Shown here: positions 9,627-21,156 of the stretch, one piece after another
Numbering within the stretch: the first letter of the stretch is position 1
How the letters are laid out: every line of letters begins with the position of its first letter
Source of the DNA: Gammaproteobacteria bacterium SG8_30
GTDB taxonomy: Bacteria; Pseudomonadota; Gammaproteobacteria; Steroidobacterales; Steroidobacteraceae
Length of the DNA stretch: 64,000 nt
Direction of reading: 5' to 3'
Assembly (NCBI GenBank): GCA_001303245.1
Contig: LJNS01000001.1
Location: 40,822-104,821, forward strand
Notes under the pieces: generated by a model
Database searches by the model: none
Told to the model about the DNA's origin: nothing
The model's input: the letters and a program-made list of their open reading frames with translations, nothing else
Program-made: the position numbers and the translations under genes

Positions 9627-10463
9627 TCAGGCCTTCAGCAGCCAGGCATCCGCCTCGAGCGAGACGAGACCGTCCCGTTCGAGCTTGATGAGGTGGGCGT
9701 GCAGCGAGTGCAGGGCCAGCCCGTGCAACGACGGGTCGACGTCTTCGTAGACGGCCGGCAGCAGGGCCTCCGTGCTGGCGGCACCAGCCGCCGACAGGCA
9801 GCGCAGGACCTTCTGCTCGCGGCGCAGGCGATGGGCGATGAGGGACTCGATCACCTCGCGCGGGCGGTCGAGCACGGGTCCGTGGCCGGGCGCGAGTTGC
9901 GACAGCGGCAGCTGCGCGAGCCGCGCGAGCGAGCCCAGGTAGTCGGCCATGTCGCCGTCCGGCGGCAGGATGACCGGCGAGACGTTGCCGAGAACGTGAT
10001 CGCCGGTGAACAACAGGCCCGTCTTTTCCACCAGGAAGCAGAAGTGGTTGGAGGCATGTCCCGGTGTGGCGATGCAGCGGATCGCGCAACCTTCCAGCAG
10101 CACGCGCTCACCATCGCAAGGTCGCAGGTCGGGACGAAAGCGGACATCGTGGCGCCCGCCGCCCGGTGCGCTCGCGCCGACGACCGTGGCGCCGGTGGCC
10201 TCTCGCAGCAGGCGCGCGGCCGGGGAATGATCGGCGTGCGTGTGGGTCACCAGGATCCACTGGATGCGCCCCTCGCCGGCACGCGCGAGCGCCTCGATGT
10301 GGGAGGCAATGGCGGGACCCGGGTCGACCACCGCGAGTTCCGTCTCGCCCACCAAGTAGGAGTTCGTGCCCGGGCCGGTGAACGGCCCGGGATTCGGCGC
10401 GACGACGCGCACCACGGCCGGCGCGATCCGGACGGGGCTGCCGGGCTCGAACCCGGTGGTCAT
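9627..10463 (-). CDS. MBL-fold metallo-hydrolase (LACTB2-like with C-terminal winged-helix tail)
   Basis: Track ORF 9627..11321 trimmed to MTTGFEPG... Has THTHADH metal motif and TPGHASNH. The upstream 285 aa of the track ORF is Arg/Ala-rich shadow sequence overlapping the GATase gene. Confidence 0.8.
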   Translation of the reverse strand: MTTGFEPGSPVRIAPAVVRVVAPNPGPFTGPGTNSYLVGETELAVVDPGPAIASHIEALARAGEGRIQWILVTHTHADHSPAARLLREATGATVVGASAPGGGRHDVRFRPDLRPCDGERVLLEGCAIRCIATPGHASNHFCFLVEKTGLLFTGDHVLGNVSPVILPPDGDMADYLGSLARLAQLPLSQLAPGHGPVLDRPREVIESLIAHRLRREQKVLRCLSAAGAASTEALLPAVYEDVDPSLHGLALHSLHAHLIKLERDGLVSLEADAWLLKA

Positions 10464-11158
10464 CTGTCGAGGCCCTCGAGCCAGTCGGTCCAGAGTCGCG
10501 CGGCCTGCCGCTCGAGCGCAGGCCCTAAGCGCCTTGCCTGGTCGCGCAAGGAGCCCGGTGCTACCCCCGCGAGCCCGAGCTCGACGGTGTGCCCGATCAG
10601 CCAGCGCTCGAGCGAGGCTGCCTCGAACTCCGGGTGGAATTGCAGTCCGAGCACCCGGTCGTCGATCGAGAAGGCCTGGTTCGCACAGACCGCCGTGGAT
10701 GCCAGCAGCACGGCGCGCTCGGGCAGGTCGAAGGTGTCGCCGTGCCAGTGCAGCACCGGCGTGGCCGGCGAGCCCAGGTGCCGCAACGCCGAGGCGCGTC
10801 CCGCGGGCGTCAGCTCGATCGGAGCGTAGCCGATTTCCGGGCTTTCGGCGGCGTAGACCTTGGCCCCCAGTGCACGCGCGATGAGCTGTGCGCCGAGGCA
10901 GATACCGAGGGTCGGACGCCCGCCGTCGATGCGCCGCTTCAGCAGCGCGGCCTCTTCGGCCAGCCACGGGTAGCGCGCGTCGTCGCAGGCACCGATCGGC
11001 CCTCCCAGGATCACGAGCAGTGCCGCCTGCAGGCCTGCGGCGCCACCGAGCGCGCCGGGCTCGAGGTAACGGAGCCGGTACCCGTGACGGCCGAGCGCCG
11101 GCGCGAGCGTGCCCAGATCCTCGAAGGCGACGTGTCGAATGACCAGGGCGTTGCGCAT
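10460..11158 (-). CDS. class I glutamine amidotransferase-like protein
   Basis: GATase1 nucleophile elbow motif LGICLGAQL and HWHGD/FHPE motifs. ATGA overlap with the downstream MBL gene. Confidence 0.75.
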   Translation of the reverse strand: MRNALVIRHVAFEDLGTLAPALGRHGYRLRYLEPGALGGAAGLQAALLVILGGPIGACDDARYPWLAEEAALLKRRIDGGRPTLGICLGAQLIARALGAKVYAAESPEIGYAPIELTPAGRASALRHLGSPATPVLHWHGDTFDLPERAVLLASTAVCANQAFSIDDRVLGLQFHPEFEAASLERWLIGHTVELGLAGVAPGSLRDQARRLGPALERQAARLWTDWLEGLDR

Positions 11159-11282
11159 GGCGAGTGGCGGCGTGGGGTGCCAAGCTTAGCGCGCCGGCGA
11201 GACTCTCACAGGACGATGCGTACAAGCCGCTCTGACCGGCCCCGTCGGTCCCGCCTATATTCGAGGACTCCTTCGCGGACGA

Positions 11283-12917
11283 GTGCCGATGGCGTTCCTG
11301 CCACGACTGGACTTCTCCCACCTCCGGGGCGACCTATTCGGCGGAGTCACCGCCGCGATCGTCGCGCTGCCCCTGGCGCTCGCTTTCGGCGTCGCGTCGG
11401 GAGCCGGTCCGGTGGCGGGGCTCTACGGTGCGATCCTGGTCGGCTTCTTCGCGGCGCTGTTCGGCGGCACGCCGGCGCAGGTCTCGGGACCGACCGGTCC
11501 GATGACCGTGGTATCGGCCACGATCTTCACGGCCCATGCTGACAACCTGCCCGTCGCCTTCACCATCGTCATGCTGGCCGGGGCGTTCCAGGTCCTGTTC
11601 GGCCGCCTTCGCGTCGGTCGCTACATCAACCTCGTGCCCTATCCGGTCGTCTCCGGCTTCATGTCGGGTATCGGCGTGATCATCATCGTCATGCAGCTCG
11701 ACCCGCTGCTCGGCCACCCGGCCCCGCGGAGCGTCGTCAACGCGCTGACGGTGCTGCCCGAATACCTGCTGCACCCCAACCCGCACGCGCTCGTCGCCGG
11801 CCTGCTGTCGCTGGGACTGTGCCTGTTCACACCGAAGCGGATCACGCAGGTCTTGCCGGCGACCCTCGTGGCTCTGGTGGCGGGCAGCCTGCTGGTCGCG
11901 TTCATGCTCACGGACGCGCCGGTGCTCGGTGAGATCCCCACGGGGCTGCCCAGCCTGGTCGTGCCCGAGCTCGACCTGACGTTGCTGCGGGAGGTCCTGC
12001 CGCCGGCCCTCGCCCTGGCGGTGCTCGGTTCCCTCGATAGCCTGCTCACCTCGCTCGTCGCCGACAACGTGACCCGCACCTTCCACGACTCCGACCGCGA
12101 GCTCGTGGGCCAGGGCATCGGCAACCTGGCGGCGGGTCTGTTCGGTGGCCTTCCGGGCGCCGGTGCCACCATCCGGACGCTGGTCAACATCCGTTCCGGC
12201 GGCCGCACGCCGCTGTCCGGCGCGACCCACGCCCTGGTGCTGCTGGCCGTGGCGCTCGGCCTCGGGCCGCTCGCCGCCCGGGTGCCGCACGCCGTGCTCG
12301 CCGGCATCCTGATCAAGGTCGGAATCGACGTCATCGACTGGCCCTACCTGCGGCGCAGCCTCAGGATGCCGCCCTCCGCCACTGCTTTCATGCTCACGGT
12401 GCTGCTGCTCACCGTCTTCGTCGACGTCATCACGGCCGTCGGAATCGGTACCGTCATGGCCAGCATGCTGTTCGTCAAGGAGATGGCCGACCTGCAGAGC
12501 CAGTCGATCCGCGCGATTACGGACCATGCCTCCGGCGAGGACATCCTCGCTCCGGCAGAATCCGCACTGTTCCGGCAGCTGGAGGGCCGGGTGCTGCTGC
12601 TGCACTTCGCCGGCGCGATGAGCTTCGGGGCGGCGAACGCCATGACGCGACGCATGGCGGTCGCCGTCGACTTCCGCGTACTGGTAATCGACCTGCAGGA
12701 CGTGCCCTCGCTCGACGTCAGCGCGGCACTCGCGCTCGAGAGCATCGTGCAGCGTGCGCAGTCCCAGGGACAGGCGGTCGTGCTGGCCGGGATACACAAG
12801 CCCGTGGCGCGCATCCTGGTGCAGGTCGGGCTCAACCGGACCCTCAGGGACTTCGACCACTACCGCACGCGCCAGCGGGCTCTCGAGCGCGCCACCGAGC
12901 TCGTCGCCGGCAGCTGA
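11283..12917 (+). CDS. SulP family anion transporter with C-terminal STAS domain
   Basis: N-terminus LRGDLFGGVTAAIVALPLALAFGVASG is typical of SulP. Many TM segments. C-terminal STAS-like region (VLLLHFAGAMSFGAANA). Start is GTG 11283 or ATG 11289. Confidence 0.85.
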   Translation: MPMAFLPRLDFSHLRGDLFGGVTAAIVALPLALAFGVASGAGPVAGLYGAILVGFFAALFGGTPAQVSGPTGPMTVVSATIFTAHADNLPVAFTIVMLAGAFQVLFGRLRVGRYINLVPYPVVSGFMSGIGVIIIVMQLDPLLGHPAPRSVVNALTVLPEYLLHPNPHALVAGLLSLGLCLFTPKRITQVLPATLVALVAGSLLVAFMLTDAPVLGEIPTGLPSLVVPELDLTLLREVLPPALALAVLGSLDSLLTSLVADNVTRTFHDSDRELVGQGIGNLAAGLFGGLPGAGATIRTLVNIRSGGRTPLSGATHALVLLAVALGLGPLAARVPHAVLAGILIKVGIDVIDWPYLRRSLRMPPSATAFMLTVLLLTVFVDVITAVGIGTVMASMLFVKEMADLQSQSIRAITDHASGEDILAPAESALFRQLEGRVLLLHFAGAMSFGAANAMTRRMAVAVDFRVLVIDLQDVPSLDVSAALALESIVQRAQSQGQAVVLAGIHKPVARILVQVGLNRTLRDFDHYRTRQRALERATELVAGS

Positions 12918-13066
12918 CCGAACCGCTGCGACTCCGCGCGGTCCAACCACGGATTGCGCCGGTGCAGGCCGTTGGTGACCGGCGGGCCGCCTGAGGTAGA
13001 CTTGCCGGCACGCTGCCGTCCCAGTCCGCGGCCGCCACCTGTCCTGCGACCCGAGGAAACAGCACG

Positions 13067-13435
13067 ATGAAGAACCCCCTTCTGGCCGCCATCGCACTGC
13101 TGACGACACTGGGCGCCCTCCCCGCCACGGCCGCCTGCATCTACCCCCGTCCGCCCGAGAATCTGCCGGACGGCGCCACGGCCACCTACGATGAGATGGT
13201 CGAGGCGCAGAAGGCCATCAAGCAGTTCGACGCCGACATCACGGCCTACAATGCCTGCCTGGAGCTCGAGCTGCAGTCGCTGCTGGCCAACCCGGAAATC
13301 GACGAGGGGCGCAAGCAGGAGTTGCGCGTCATGCAGACCAAGAAGAACAACGCGGCCGTGGACGACGTCCAGGCCGTGGTCGACAGGTTCAACGAGCAGT
13401 TGCGCGTCTTCCGGGAACGCAACAAGAAGGAATGA
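13067..13435 (+). CDS. small exported protein or lipoprotein, unknown function
   Basis: 122 aa. Signal peptide MKNPLLAAIALLTTLGALPATAAC, then a charged helical region. RBS GAGGAAA upstream. Its stop overlaps the moaA start (AATGATG). Confidence 0.6.
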   Translation: MKNPLLAAIALLTTLGALPATAACIYPRPPENLPDGATATYDEMVEAQKAIKQFDADITAYNACLELELQSLLANPEIDEGRKQELRVMQTKKNNAAVDDVQAVVDRFNEQLRVFRERNKKE

Positions 13436-14481
13436 TGGCGAGCCGCCGGAAGATCTCGCGGGTACCGCCGGTCGCCGAGGACGCGCTCGGCCGGCCGCTG
13501 CACGACCTGCGGATCTCGGTCATGGACCGGTGCAACTTCCGCTGCCCGTACTGCATGCCGCGGGAGACCTTTCACGACAACTACGAGTTCCTGCACTCCG
13601 CCGACCGCCTGTCCTTCGACGAGATCGTCCGCCTGACGCGGCTGTTCGTCGCGGCCGGCGTTCGCAAGGTCCGGCTCACGGGCGGCGAGCCCCTCCTCCG
13701 GTCCAACCTCGCCGACCTGATCGGGGAGTTGTCGGTCATACCGGGCCTCGATGACCTCGCACTCACGACCAACGGCATCCTCCTCGCCCAGCGCGCGGCC
13801 GAGCTCAAGGCGAACGGCCTCAAGCGCGTCACCGTCAGCCTGGACAGCGTCGACCCGGAGGTATTCCGGCAGATGAGCGGGGGCTTCGACGGGCTCGACC
13901 GCGTCCTCGACGGCATCGAGGCCGCGCGCGAGGCCGGGCTCGAGCCTATCAAGGTGAATGCCGTCATCCAGCGCGGCATCAACGAGGACGGCGCGCTCGA
14001 CCTCGTGGAGCGGTTCCGCGGAACCGGCGTCATCGTGCGCTTCATCGAGTACATGGACGTCGGCAGCCGCAATCACTGGGAGCCTGAGCGCGTCGTGCCC
14101 TCCCGCGTGCTACGCGACCGGATCTCGGCGCGCTGGCCGCTGGCGCCCGAGGCGAGCGCTCACCGCGGCGAGGTGGCGGAGCGATACCGCATGATCGACG
14201 ACGGTGGCGAGGTCGGCTTCATTTCCTCGGTCTCCCAGCCGTTCTGCGGCGACTGCACCCGGGCGAGGCTGTCGTCCGACGGGGTGCTCTACACCTGCCT
14301 GTTTGCGACCGACGGCGTCGACCTGCGCGGCCCGCTGCGGCGGCGAGCCGACGACGCGACGCTGCGGGAGCTGATCCGCGGCACCTGGCAGGCTCGCGTC
14401 GACCGCTACAGCGAGCTGCGCCAGCGGCTGCGCCGCGAGCAACCGCTGCGCAAGATCGAGATGTTCTACATCGGCGGCTGA
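13432..14481 (+). CDS. moaA: GTP 3',8-cyclase MoaA (radical SAM)
   Basis: [10 protein letters not shown] radical-SAM cluster motif, C-terminal [13 protein letters not shown] cluster motif, ends ..FYIGG. Confidence 0.92.
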   Translation: MMASRRKISRVPPVAEDALGRPLHDLRISVMDRCNFRCPYCMPRETFHDNYEFLHSADRLSFDEIVRLTRLFVAAGVRKVRLTGGEPLLRSNLADLIGELSVIPGLDDLALTTNGILLAQRAAELKANGLKRVTVSLDSVDPEVFRQMSGGFDGLDRVLDGIEAAREAGLEPIKVNAVIQRGINEDGALDLVERFRGTGVIVRFIEYMDVGSRNHWEPERVVPSRVLRDRISARWPLAPEASAHRGEVAERYRMIDDGGEVGFISSVSQPFCGDCTRARLSSDGVLYTCLFATDGVDLRGPLRRRADDATLRELIRGTWQARVDRYSELRQRLRREQPLRKIEMFYIGG

Positions 14482-14483
14482 GC

Positions 14484-14963
14484 ATGTTGTCGCACGTCGA
14501 CAAACAGGGACGGCCCACGATGGTGGACGTGAGCGGCAAGGCGGTCACGCTCAGGACCGCCACGGCCGTTTCGCGCGTGCGACTGCCTCCAGCCGTGGCC
14601 GACACGCTGCGGGCGCAGGGCTTCAACACCGCGAAAGGCCCGGTATTCCACACGGCGAGCGTGGCCGGCACGATGGCGGCGAAGCGCACGCACGAACTGA
14701 TCCCGTTCTGCCACCCGCTCGGCCTGGAGAAGTGCCAGGTCGAGATCGACGCCGCGGGCAACGAGGTGGAGATCCGTTGCACCGTCTCGGTCCACCACCG
14801 CACCGGGGTCGAGATGGAAGCGCTCACCGGCGCTGCCGTGGCGGCGCTGACCGTCTACGACATGTGCAAGGCGCTCTCGCACGACATCGTCATCGCCGAG
14901 ACCCGCCTCCTCCGCAAGACCGGCGGCAAGAGCGACTACGCCGCCGGCGGCGGTGCGCCATGA
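14484..14963 (+). CDS. moaC: cyclic pyranopterin monophosphate synthase MoaC
   Basis: [19 protein letters not shown].., ..ELIPFCHPL.., ..[23 protein letters not shown] are typical MoaC motifs. Confidence 0.92.
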   Translation: MLSHVDKQGRPTMVDVSGKAVTLRTATAVSRVRLPPAVADTLRAQGFNTAKGPVFHTASVAGTMAAKRTHELIPFCHPLGLEKCQVEIDAAGNEVEIRCTVSVHHRTGVEMEALTGAAVAALTVYDMCKALSHDIVIAETRLLRKTGGKSDYAAGGGAP

Positions 14964-15006
14964 GTGCGGCGACGGTGCGCCGGGCCATGAACGCGGGGAC
15001 CGCCTG

Positions 15007-15249
15007 ATGCCGCGCCTGCGTCTGAAGTACTACGCACTGCTGCGGGAGCAGGCGGGCTGCAGCGAGGAGCAGGTGGAGACCGCCGCGAGCGACGCGGCGT
15101 CCCTGTACGGCGAGCTCGCCGCACGCCACGGCTTCAGCCTGCCGCGCGAGCAGCTCAAGGTCGCGGTCAACACCGAGTTCGCGGACTGGTCGCGCGTGCT
15201 CGCCGACGGCGACGAGGTCGTGTTCATTCCCCCGGTGGCGGGCGGATGA
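15007..15249 (+). CDS. moaD: molybdopterin synthase sulfur-carrier subunit MoaD
   Basis: Track ORF 14953..15249 trimmed to MPRLRLKYYALLRE.. (80 aa). Ends in the obligatory ..PPVAGG. ATGA overlap with the next gene. Confidence 0.8.
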   Translation: MPRLRLKYYALLREQAGCSEEQVETAASDAASLYGELAARHGFSLPREQLKVAVNTEFADWSRVLADGDEVVFIPPVAGG

Positions 15250-16820
15250 GCGCCTTCGCCTTCAACCGGGAGCCGCTGGACCCCGCCGCGCTTGCCGCGG
15301 GGCTTGCCGACGTCGCGGCGGGTGGCTACGCCTCCTTCGAGGGCTGGGTGCGCAACGAGAACGAGGGCCGCGAAGTGCAGCGGCTCGACTACGAGGCCTT
15401 CGAGGAGCTCGCGCTCAAGGAGGGCGAGCGCATCGTGGCCGAGGCCGTCGAGCGCTTCGGCGTGCGCGGCGCCCGCTGCGTCCACCGCCTCGGCGAGCTC
15501 GCCCTCGGCGAGCTGGCCGTGTGGGTCGGCGTGTCGAGCGGTCATCGCGCCGAGGCGTTTGCCGCCTGCCGCTACATCATCGACGAGGTCAAGCACCGCG
15601 TCCCCATCTGGAAGAAGGAGCACTACCTCGACGGCGACTCCGGCTGGGTCAACTGCGAGCGCTGCGCCGAGGCTGCCCATTCCCACGCGCACGGGCACGC
15701 CCAGCCGCACGCCCACGAAGCGGGCGGACACGCGCACGCGGGGCCGCCGGCCTTCGACTACTCGCGGCAGATGGCCCTGCGCGAGGTCGGTGCGGCCGGC
15801 CAGCGTCGCCTGGCGGGCGCCTCCGTGGTGGTCGTCGGCGCCGGCGGGCTCGGCTGCCCCGTGCTCTCCTACCTCGCTGGCGCCGGCGTCGGCACGCTGC
15901 ACGTCGTGGACGCCGACACGGTCGATCCGAGCAACCTGCACCGGCAGCCGCTGTTTTCGCTCGCGGACACGGGCCGGCCCAAGGCGGAAGTGGCGGCCGA
16001 GCGGCTCTCGGCGCTGAACCCCGGAATCCGCGTACAGCCGCACGTCACTCGCTTCTCGGCCGACAACGCCGCGCAGCTCGTGGCCCTGGGCGAGCTCGTC
16101 GTGGACTGCAGCGACAACTTCGCCACCAAGTTCCGCGTCAACGACGCCGCAGTGCTGGCGGACAAGCCGGCAGTGCTCGCCAGCGTCTACCAGTACGAGG
16201 GCCAGCTGCAGGTGGTCCGCCCCGATGCGGACGGATCCTGCCTGCGCTGCCTGTGGCCGGAGGCGACGCGCGACGGGCTAGTCGGCAACTGCGCCGAGAG
16301 CGGCGTGCTCGGACCGGTCCCGGCCGTGCTCGGAGGGCTGCAGGCCATGGAGGTCCTCAAGCTGCTGCTCGGGCTGCCCGGCCAGCTGCGCGACGAGGTG
16401 CTCGTACTCGATCTGCTGAGCCTCGAGCAGCGCCGTCTCCGCGCGCCACGGTGCGGCGAGTGCCGCGGCGGCACCTGCCGGCGAATTGCCGGGCTTGCGC
16501 CCGAGCCCGAGGAGGACCTCGAGCTCGCGCTCGAGCTCGGCGAGGCGATCGCCGGCGGCTACGAGATCATCGACGTGCGGGAATTCGACGAAGCCGCGCG
16601 CGATCCGCTCGGCTGGGACGGTGCCCGGCTGTGGCCGGTCGCGAAGCTGCTCGCGGAGGCACCCGGCGACCTCGATCCCGCCCGCCGCTATCTCGTGCTC
16701 TGCTCCCACGGCGTGCGCAGTCTGGCTGCGGCACAGCACCTGCGCGCGGCCGGGATCGCCGCCGCGTATTCGCTCGCAGGCGGGCTGCGCCGGCAGTCGC
16801 GGCGCGCCGCCGGCGGCTGA
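15246..16820 (+). CDS. tri-domain fusion: MoaE (MPT synthase catalytic subunit) - MoeB/ThiF adenylyltransferase - rhodanese
   Basis: MoaE part: ..FEGWVRNENEGREV..HRVPIWKKEHY. His-rich linker: AHSHAHGHAQPHAHEAGGHAHAG. ThiF/MoeB part: YSRQM..VVVVGAGGLGCP..DADTVDPSNLHRQ plus CxxC pairs (CLRC, CGEC). Rhodanese part has active-site loop CSHGVRS. Confidence 0.85.
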   Translation: MSAFAFNREPLDPAALAAGLADVAAGGYASFEGWVRNENEGREVQRLDYEAFEELALKEGERIVAEAVERFGVRGARCVHRLGELALGELAVWVGVSSGHRAEAFAACRYIIDEVKHRVPIWKKEHYLDGDSGWVNCERCAEAAHSHAHGHAQPHAHEAGGHAHAGPPAFDYSRQMALREVGAAGQRRLAGASVVVVGAGGLGCPVLSYLAGAGVGTLHVVDADTVDPSNLHRQPLFSLADTGRPKAEVAAERLSALNPGIRVQPHVTRFSADNAAQLVALGELVVDCSDNFATKFRVNDAAVLADKPAVLASVYQYEGQLQVVRPDADGSCLRCLWPEATRDGLVGNCAESGVLGPVPAVLGGLQAMEVLKLLLGLPGQLRDEVLVLDLLSLEQRRLRAPRCGECRGGTCRRIAGLAPEPEEDLELALELGEAIAGGYEIIDVREFDEAARDPLGWDGARLWPVAKLLAEAPGDLDPARRYLVLCSHGVRSLAAAQHLRAAGIAAAYSLAGGLRRQSRRAAGG

Positions 16821-16837
16821 GCCCGCTGCCGCCCGGC

Positions 16838-18109
16838 TCAGGCCGGGCGCACCTGGCCGCTGCCGCGCACGACGTACTTGTAGCTCACGAGCTGCTCGAC
16901 CCCCACAGGCCCGCGGGCGTGGAAGCGGTCGGTCGAGATGCCGATCTCGGCGCCCATGCCGAACTCGCCGCCGTCCGCGTACTGCGTGGAAGCGTTGTGC
17001 AGCACGATCGCGCTGTCGACCTCGGCGAGGAAGCGCTCAGCCGCGACCGGTTCGTCGGTGACGATGGACTCCGTGTGGGCCGATCCGTACCGGGCGATGT
17101 GCTCGGTGGCGCCGTCTACGCCGTCGACGACCCGGGCCGCGATGATCGCGTCGAGGTACTCGGTGTACCAGTCGTCTTCGGTGGCGGGCCGGACGCGGCG
17201 ATCTGCCCGCTGCACCGACTCGTCGCCCCGCACCTCGCAGCCGGCGTCGAGCAGCGCCTTCACGATGGGCGCGACGTGCGTCGCCTCGCAGCCCCGGTCG
17301 AACAGGACCGTTTCCGCCGCCCCGCAGATGCCGGTGCGTCGCAGCTTGGCGTTGAGCACGATCTCGCGTGCCATGTTGACGTCGGCGGCCTTGTCGACGT
17401 AAACGTGGCAGTTGCCCTCGAGGTGGCCGATCACGGGCACCCTCGCGTCCTGCTGTACGCGCGCGATCAGGCTCTTGCCGCCGCGCGGCACGATGACGTC
17501 CACGTAGTCCGTCATGCCCTTGAGCAGGTAACCCACCGCATCACGGTCCTGTGTCGGCACGAGCTGGATCGCGCCCGCCGGCAGACCCGCCGTGGCCAGG
17601 CCTTCCACGAGGCAGGCGTGGATCGCGTGGCTCGAGCGCACGCTCTCGGAGCCGCAGCGCAGGATGGCCGCATTGCCCGACTTCAGGCACAGGCCGCCGG
17701 CGTCCGCCGTGACGTTCGGCCTACTCTCGAACACGATGCCGATGACGCCGAGGGGGACGGCGACCCGCTGGATCACCAGGCCGTTGGGCCGTGTCCACTC
17801 CGCGAGGACCCGGCCCACCGGGTCGGGCAGGCCCGCAATCTGCTCGAGCCCGGCGGCCATCGCGGCCACGCGGCCCTCGTCGAGCCGCAGTCGGTCGAGC
17901 AGGGCGCCGCCGAGCCCGCGTTCGCGCGCCGCGGCCATGTCCTCGGCGTTGGCCAGCAGGATTTCCCGGCGACGGCGCCGCAGGCACGCCGCCGCTGCCT
18001 CGAGGGCCGAGTTGCGCGCGGCCGTGGACGAGCGCGCCAGCACGCGTGCCGCCGCGAGGGCCTCGCGGCCGAGGCCGTCCATGACCTGGCCGATGTCTGC
18101 GCTCGTCAT
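16838..18109 (-). CDS. proA: gamma-glutamyl phosphate reductase ProA
   Basis: Track ORF 16838..18445 trimmed to [17 protein letters not shown].. Conserved [12 protein letters not shown] and ..[13 protein letters not shown] motifs. ATGA overlap with proB. Confidence 0.9.
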   Translation of the reverse strand: MTSADIGQVMDGLGREALAAARVLARSSTAARNSALEAAAACLRRRRREILLANAEDMAAARERGLGGALLDRLRLDEGRVAAMAAGLEQIAGLPDPVGRVLAEWTRPNGLVIQRVAVPLGVIGIVFESRPNVTADAGGLCLKSGNAAILRCGSESVRSSHAIHACLVEGLATAGLPAGAIQLVPTQDRDAVGYLLKGMTDYVDVIVPRGGKSLIARVQQDARVPVIGHLEGNCHVYVDKAADVNMAREIVLNAKLRRTGICGAAETVLFDRGCEATHVAPIVKALLDAGCEVRGDESVQRADRRVRPATEDDWYTEYLDAIIAARVVDGVDGATEHIARYGSAHTESIVTDEPVAAERFLAEVDSAIVLHNASTQYADGGEFGMGAEIGISTDRFHARGPVGVEQLVSYKYVVRGSGQVRPA

Positions 18110-19281
18110 GCCACGTCTCCCGCGCTGCGCCCGCGCCGCTGCGGCGTTACGACGAGGTCGTCCCGGTGAATCACCTCGTCGCGACCGCGGAATCCGAGGA
18201 TCCTGGCAATGTCGCTGCTGCGCCGGCCGCGAATACGCTCTGCATCCTCGCTCGAGTAGGCGCTGAGGCCGCGCGCGAGCTCGCGTCCCGACTCGTCGAG
18301 GACCCGCACCGCGTCCCCGCGCCCGAAGCGCCCCCGGACCGCGACGACCCCCGCCGGCAGCAGGCTCTTGCCGCGGCCGAGCGCCGCGGCGGCGCCGGCG
18401 TCGATCACCAGTTCCCCCGCGGGCTCCAGCGTGCCCGCGATCCACTGCTTGCGCACCACGGCGGGCTGGTCGTGCGCCACGAACCAGGTGCAGCGCTGCT
18501 CCTGCTCGATCGCAGTCAGCGGACTGCTCACGCGCCCCGATGCAATGCAGAGGTGGCAGCCGGCGGCGACTGCGATTCGCGCCGCGGCCACTTTCGTGGC
18601 CATGCCGCCGGAGCCGACGTCGGTCACGGTGGGGCCCGCCATGGAATCGATGTCCGGCGTGATCTCGTCGACCTCCGCGACCAGGCGGGCCTCGGGATCA
18701 CGCGCAGGATTCGCCGTGTAGAGCCCGTCGACGTCGGACAGCAACACCGCGCAGTCCGCAGTGAGCATCTGCGCGACGCGCGCGGCGAGCCGATCGTTGT
18801 CGCCGTAGCGGATCTCGGCCGTGGCCACGGTGTCGTTCTCGTTGATGACGGGAACGGCGCCCAGCGCGAGCAGCGTGTTGAGGGTCGCGCGTGCGTTCAG
18901 GTACCGGCGCCTCTGCTCAGTGTCGCCCAGGGTGAGCAACACCTGCGCAACGGTGATGCCGTGCGGGTCGAGCGCTTCCTTCCAGGCGTGTGCCAGGCGG
19001 ATCTGGCCGACCGCCGCAGCCGCCTGGCTTTCCTCCAGGCGCAGTTTGCCGCTGGCCAGCCCCAGGTGACGGCGGCCGAGGGCGATGGCTCCCGAGGAGA
19101 CCAGCACGACCTCCTGCCCACGGCCCCGCAACCGGGCCACGTCGGCGGCCAGTGACTCGAGCCAAGCCCGATTGACTCGCCCCGAGGCCGGGTCGACGAG
19201 CAGCGCCGAGCCTACCTTGACCACGACCCGTCGCGCCCGGCTCAGGCGGCGCGCGCGCGTGGCATGCTGCCCGTCCGTCAC
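18106..19281 (-). CDS. proB: glutamate 5-kinase ProB (with PUA domain)
   Basis: [11 protein letters not shown].., [22 protein letters not shown]. There is no ATG near the conserved N-terminus, so a GTG start (complement of 19279-19281) is proposed, 8 nt after the upstream stop. Confidence 0.82.
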   Translation of the reverse strand: MTDGQHATRARRLSRARRVVVKVGSALLVDPASGRVNRAWLESLAADVARLRGRGQEVVLVSSGAIALGRRHLGLASGKLRLEESQAAAAVGQIRLAHAWKEALDPHGITVAQVLLTLGDTEQRRRYLNARATLNTLLALGAVPVINENDTVATAEIRYGDNDRLAARVAQMLTADCAVLLSDVDGLYTANPARDPEARLVAEVDEITPDIDSMAGPTVTDVGSGGMATKVAAARIAVAAGCHLCIASGRVSSPLTAIEQEQRCTWFVAHDQPAVVRKQWIAGTLEPAGELVIDAGAAAALGRGKSLLPAGVVAVRGRFGRGDAVRVLDESGRELARGLSAYSSEDAERIRGRRSSDIARILGFRGRDEVIHRDDLVVTPQRRGRSAGDVA

Positions 19282-19289
19282 GCCGTGCC

Positions 19290-21083
<1,794 letters not shown>

Positions 21084-21156
21084 GAGGGGCGACCTGAATC
21101 CTGGATGTGTGCGTACACCGGAATTCTACTCGACGGCCGCCACGCCGCGGGCGGTC

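Noticed and set aside
9627-11321. N-terminal extensions of track ORFs that fuse neighbouring genes or add long leaders. Examples: 9627..11321, 16838..18445, 18106..19596, 37854..39107, 41963..45268, 45180..46535, 58564..60561, 52981..54087 and 53244..55361.
   Set aside because: The extensions are Arg/Pro-rich, overlap the real upstream gene in another frame, and precede well-conserved N-termini. Those N-termini have plausible start codons, RBSs or ATGA/GTGA coupling, so the ORFs were trimmed to the conserved starts.
12918-13066. Moco riboswitch upstream of the moa operon.
   Set aside because: I could not find the conserved elements I remember from the E. coli moaA leader (the GCCUCC and CUGGAAAGG-type segments). 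The region precedes the small exported-protein ORF rather than moaA. A covariance-model scan (Rfam Moco_RNA_motif) would settle it.
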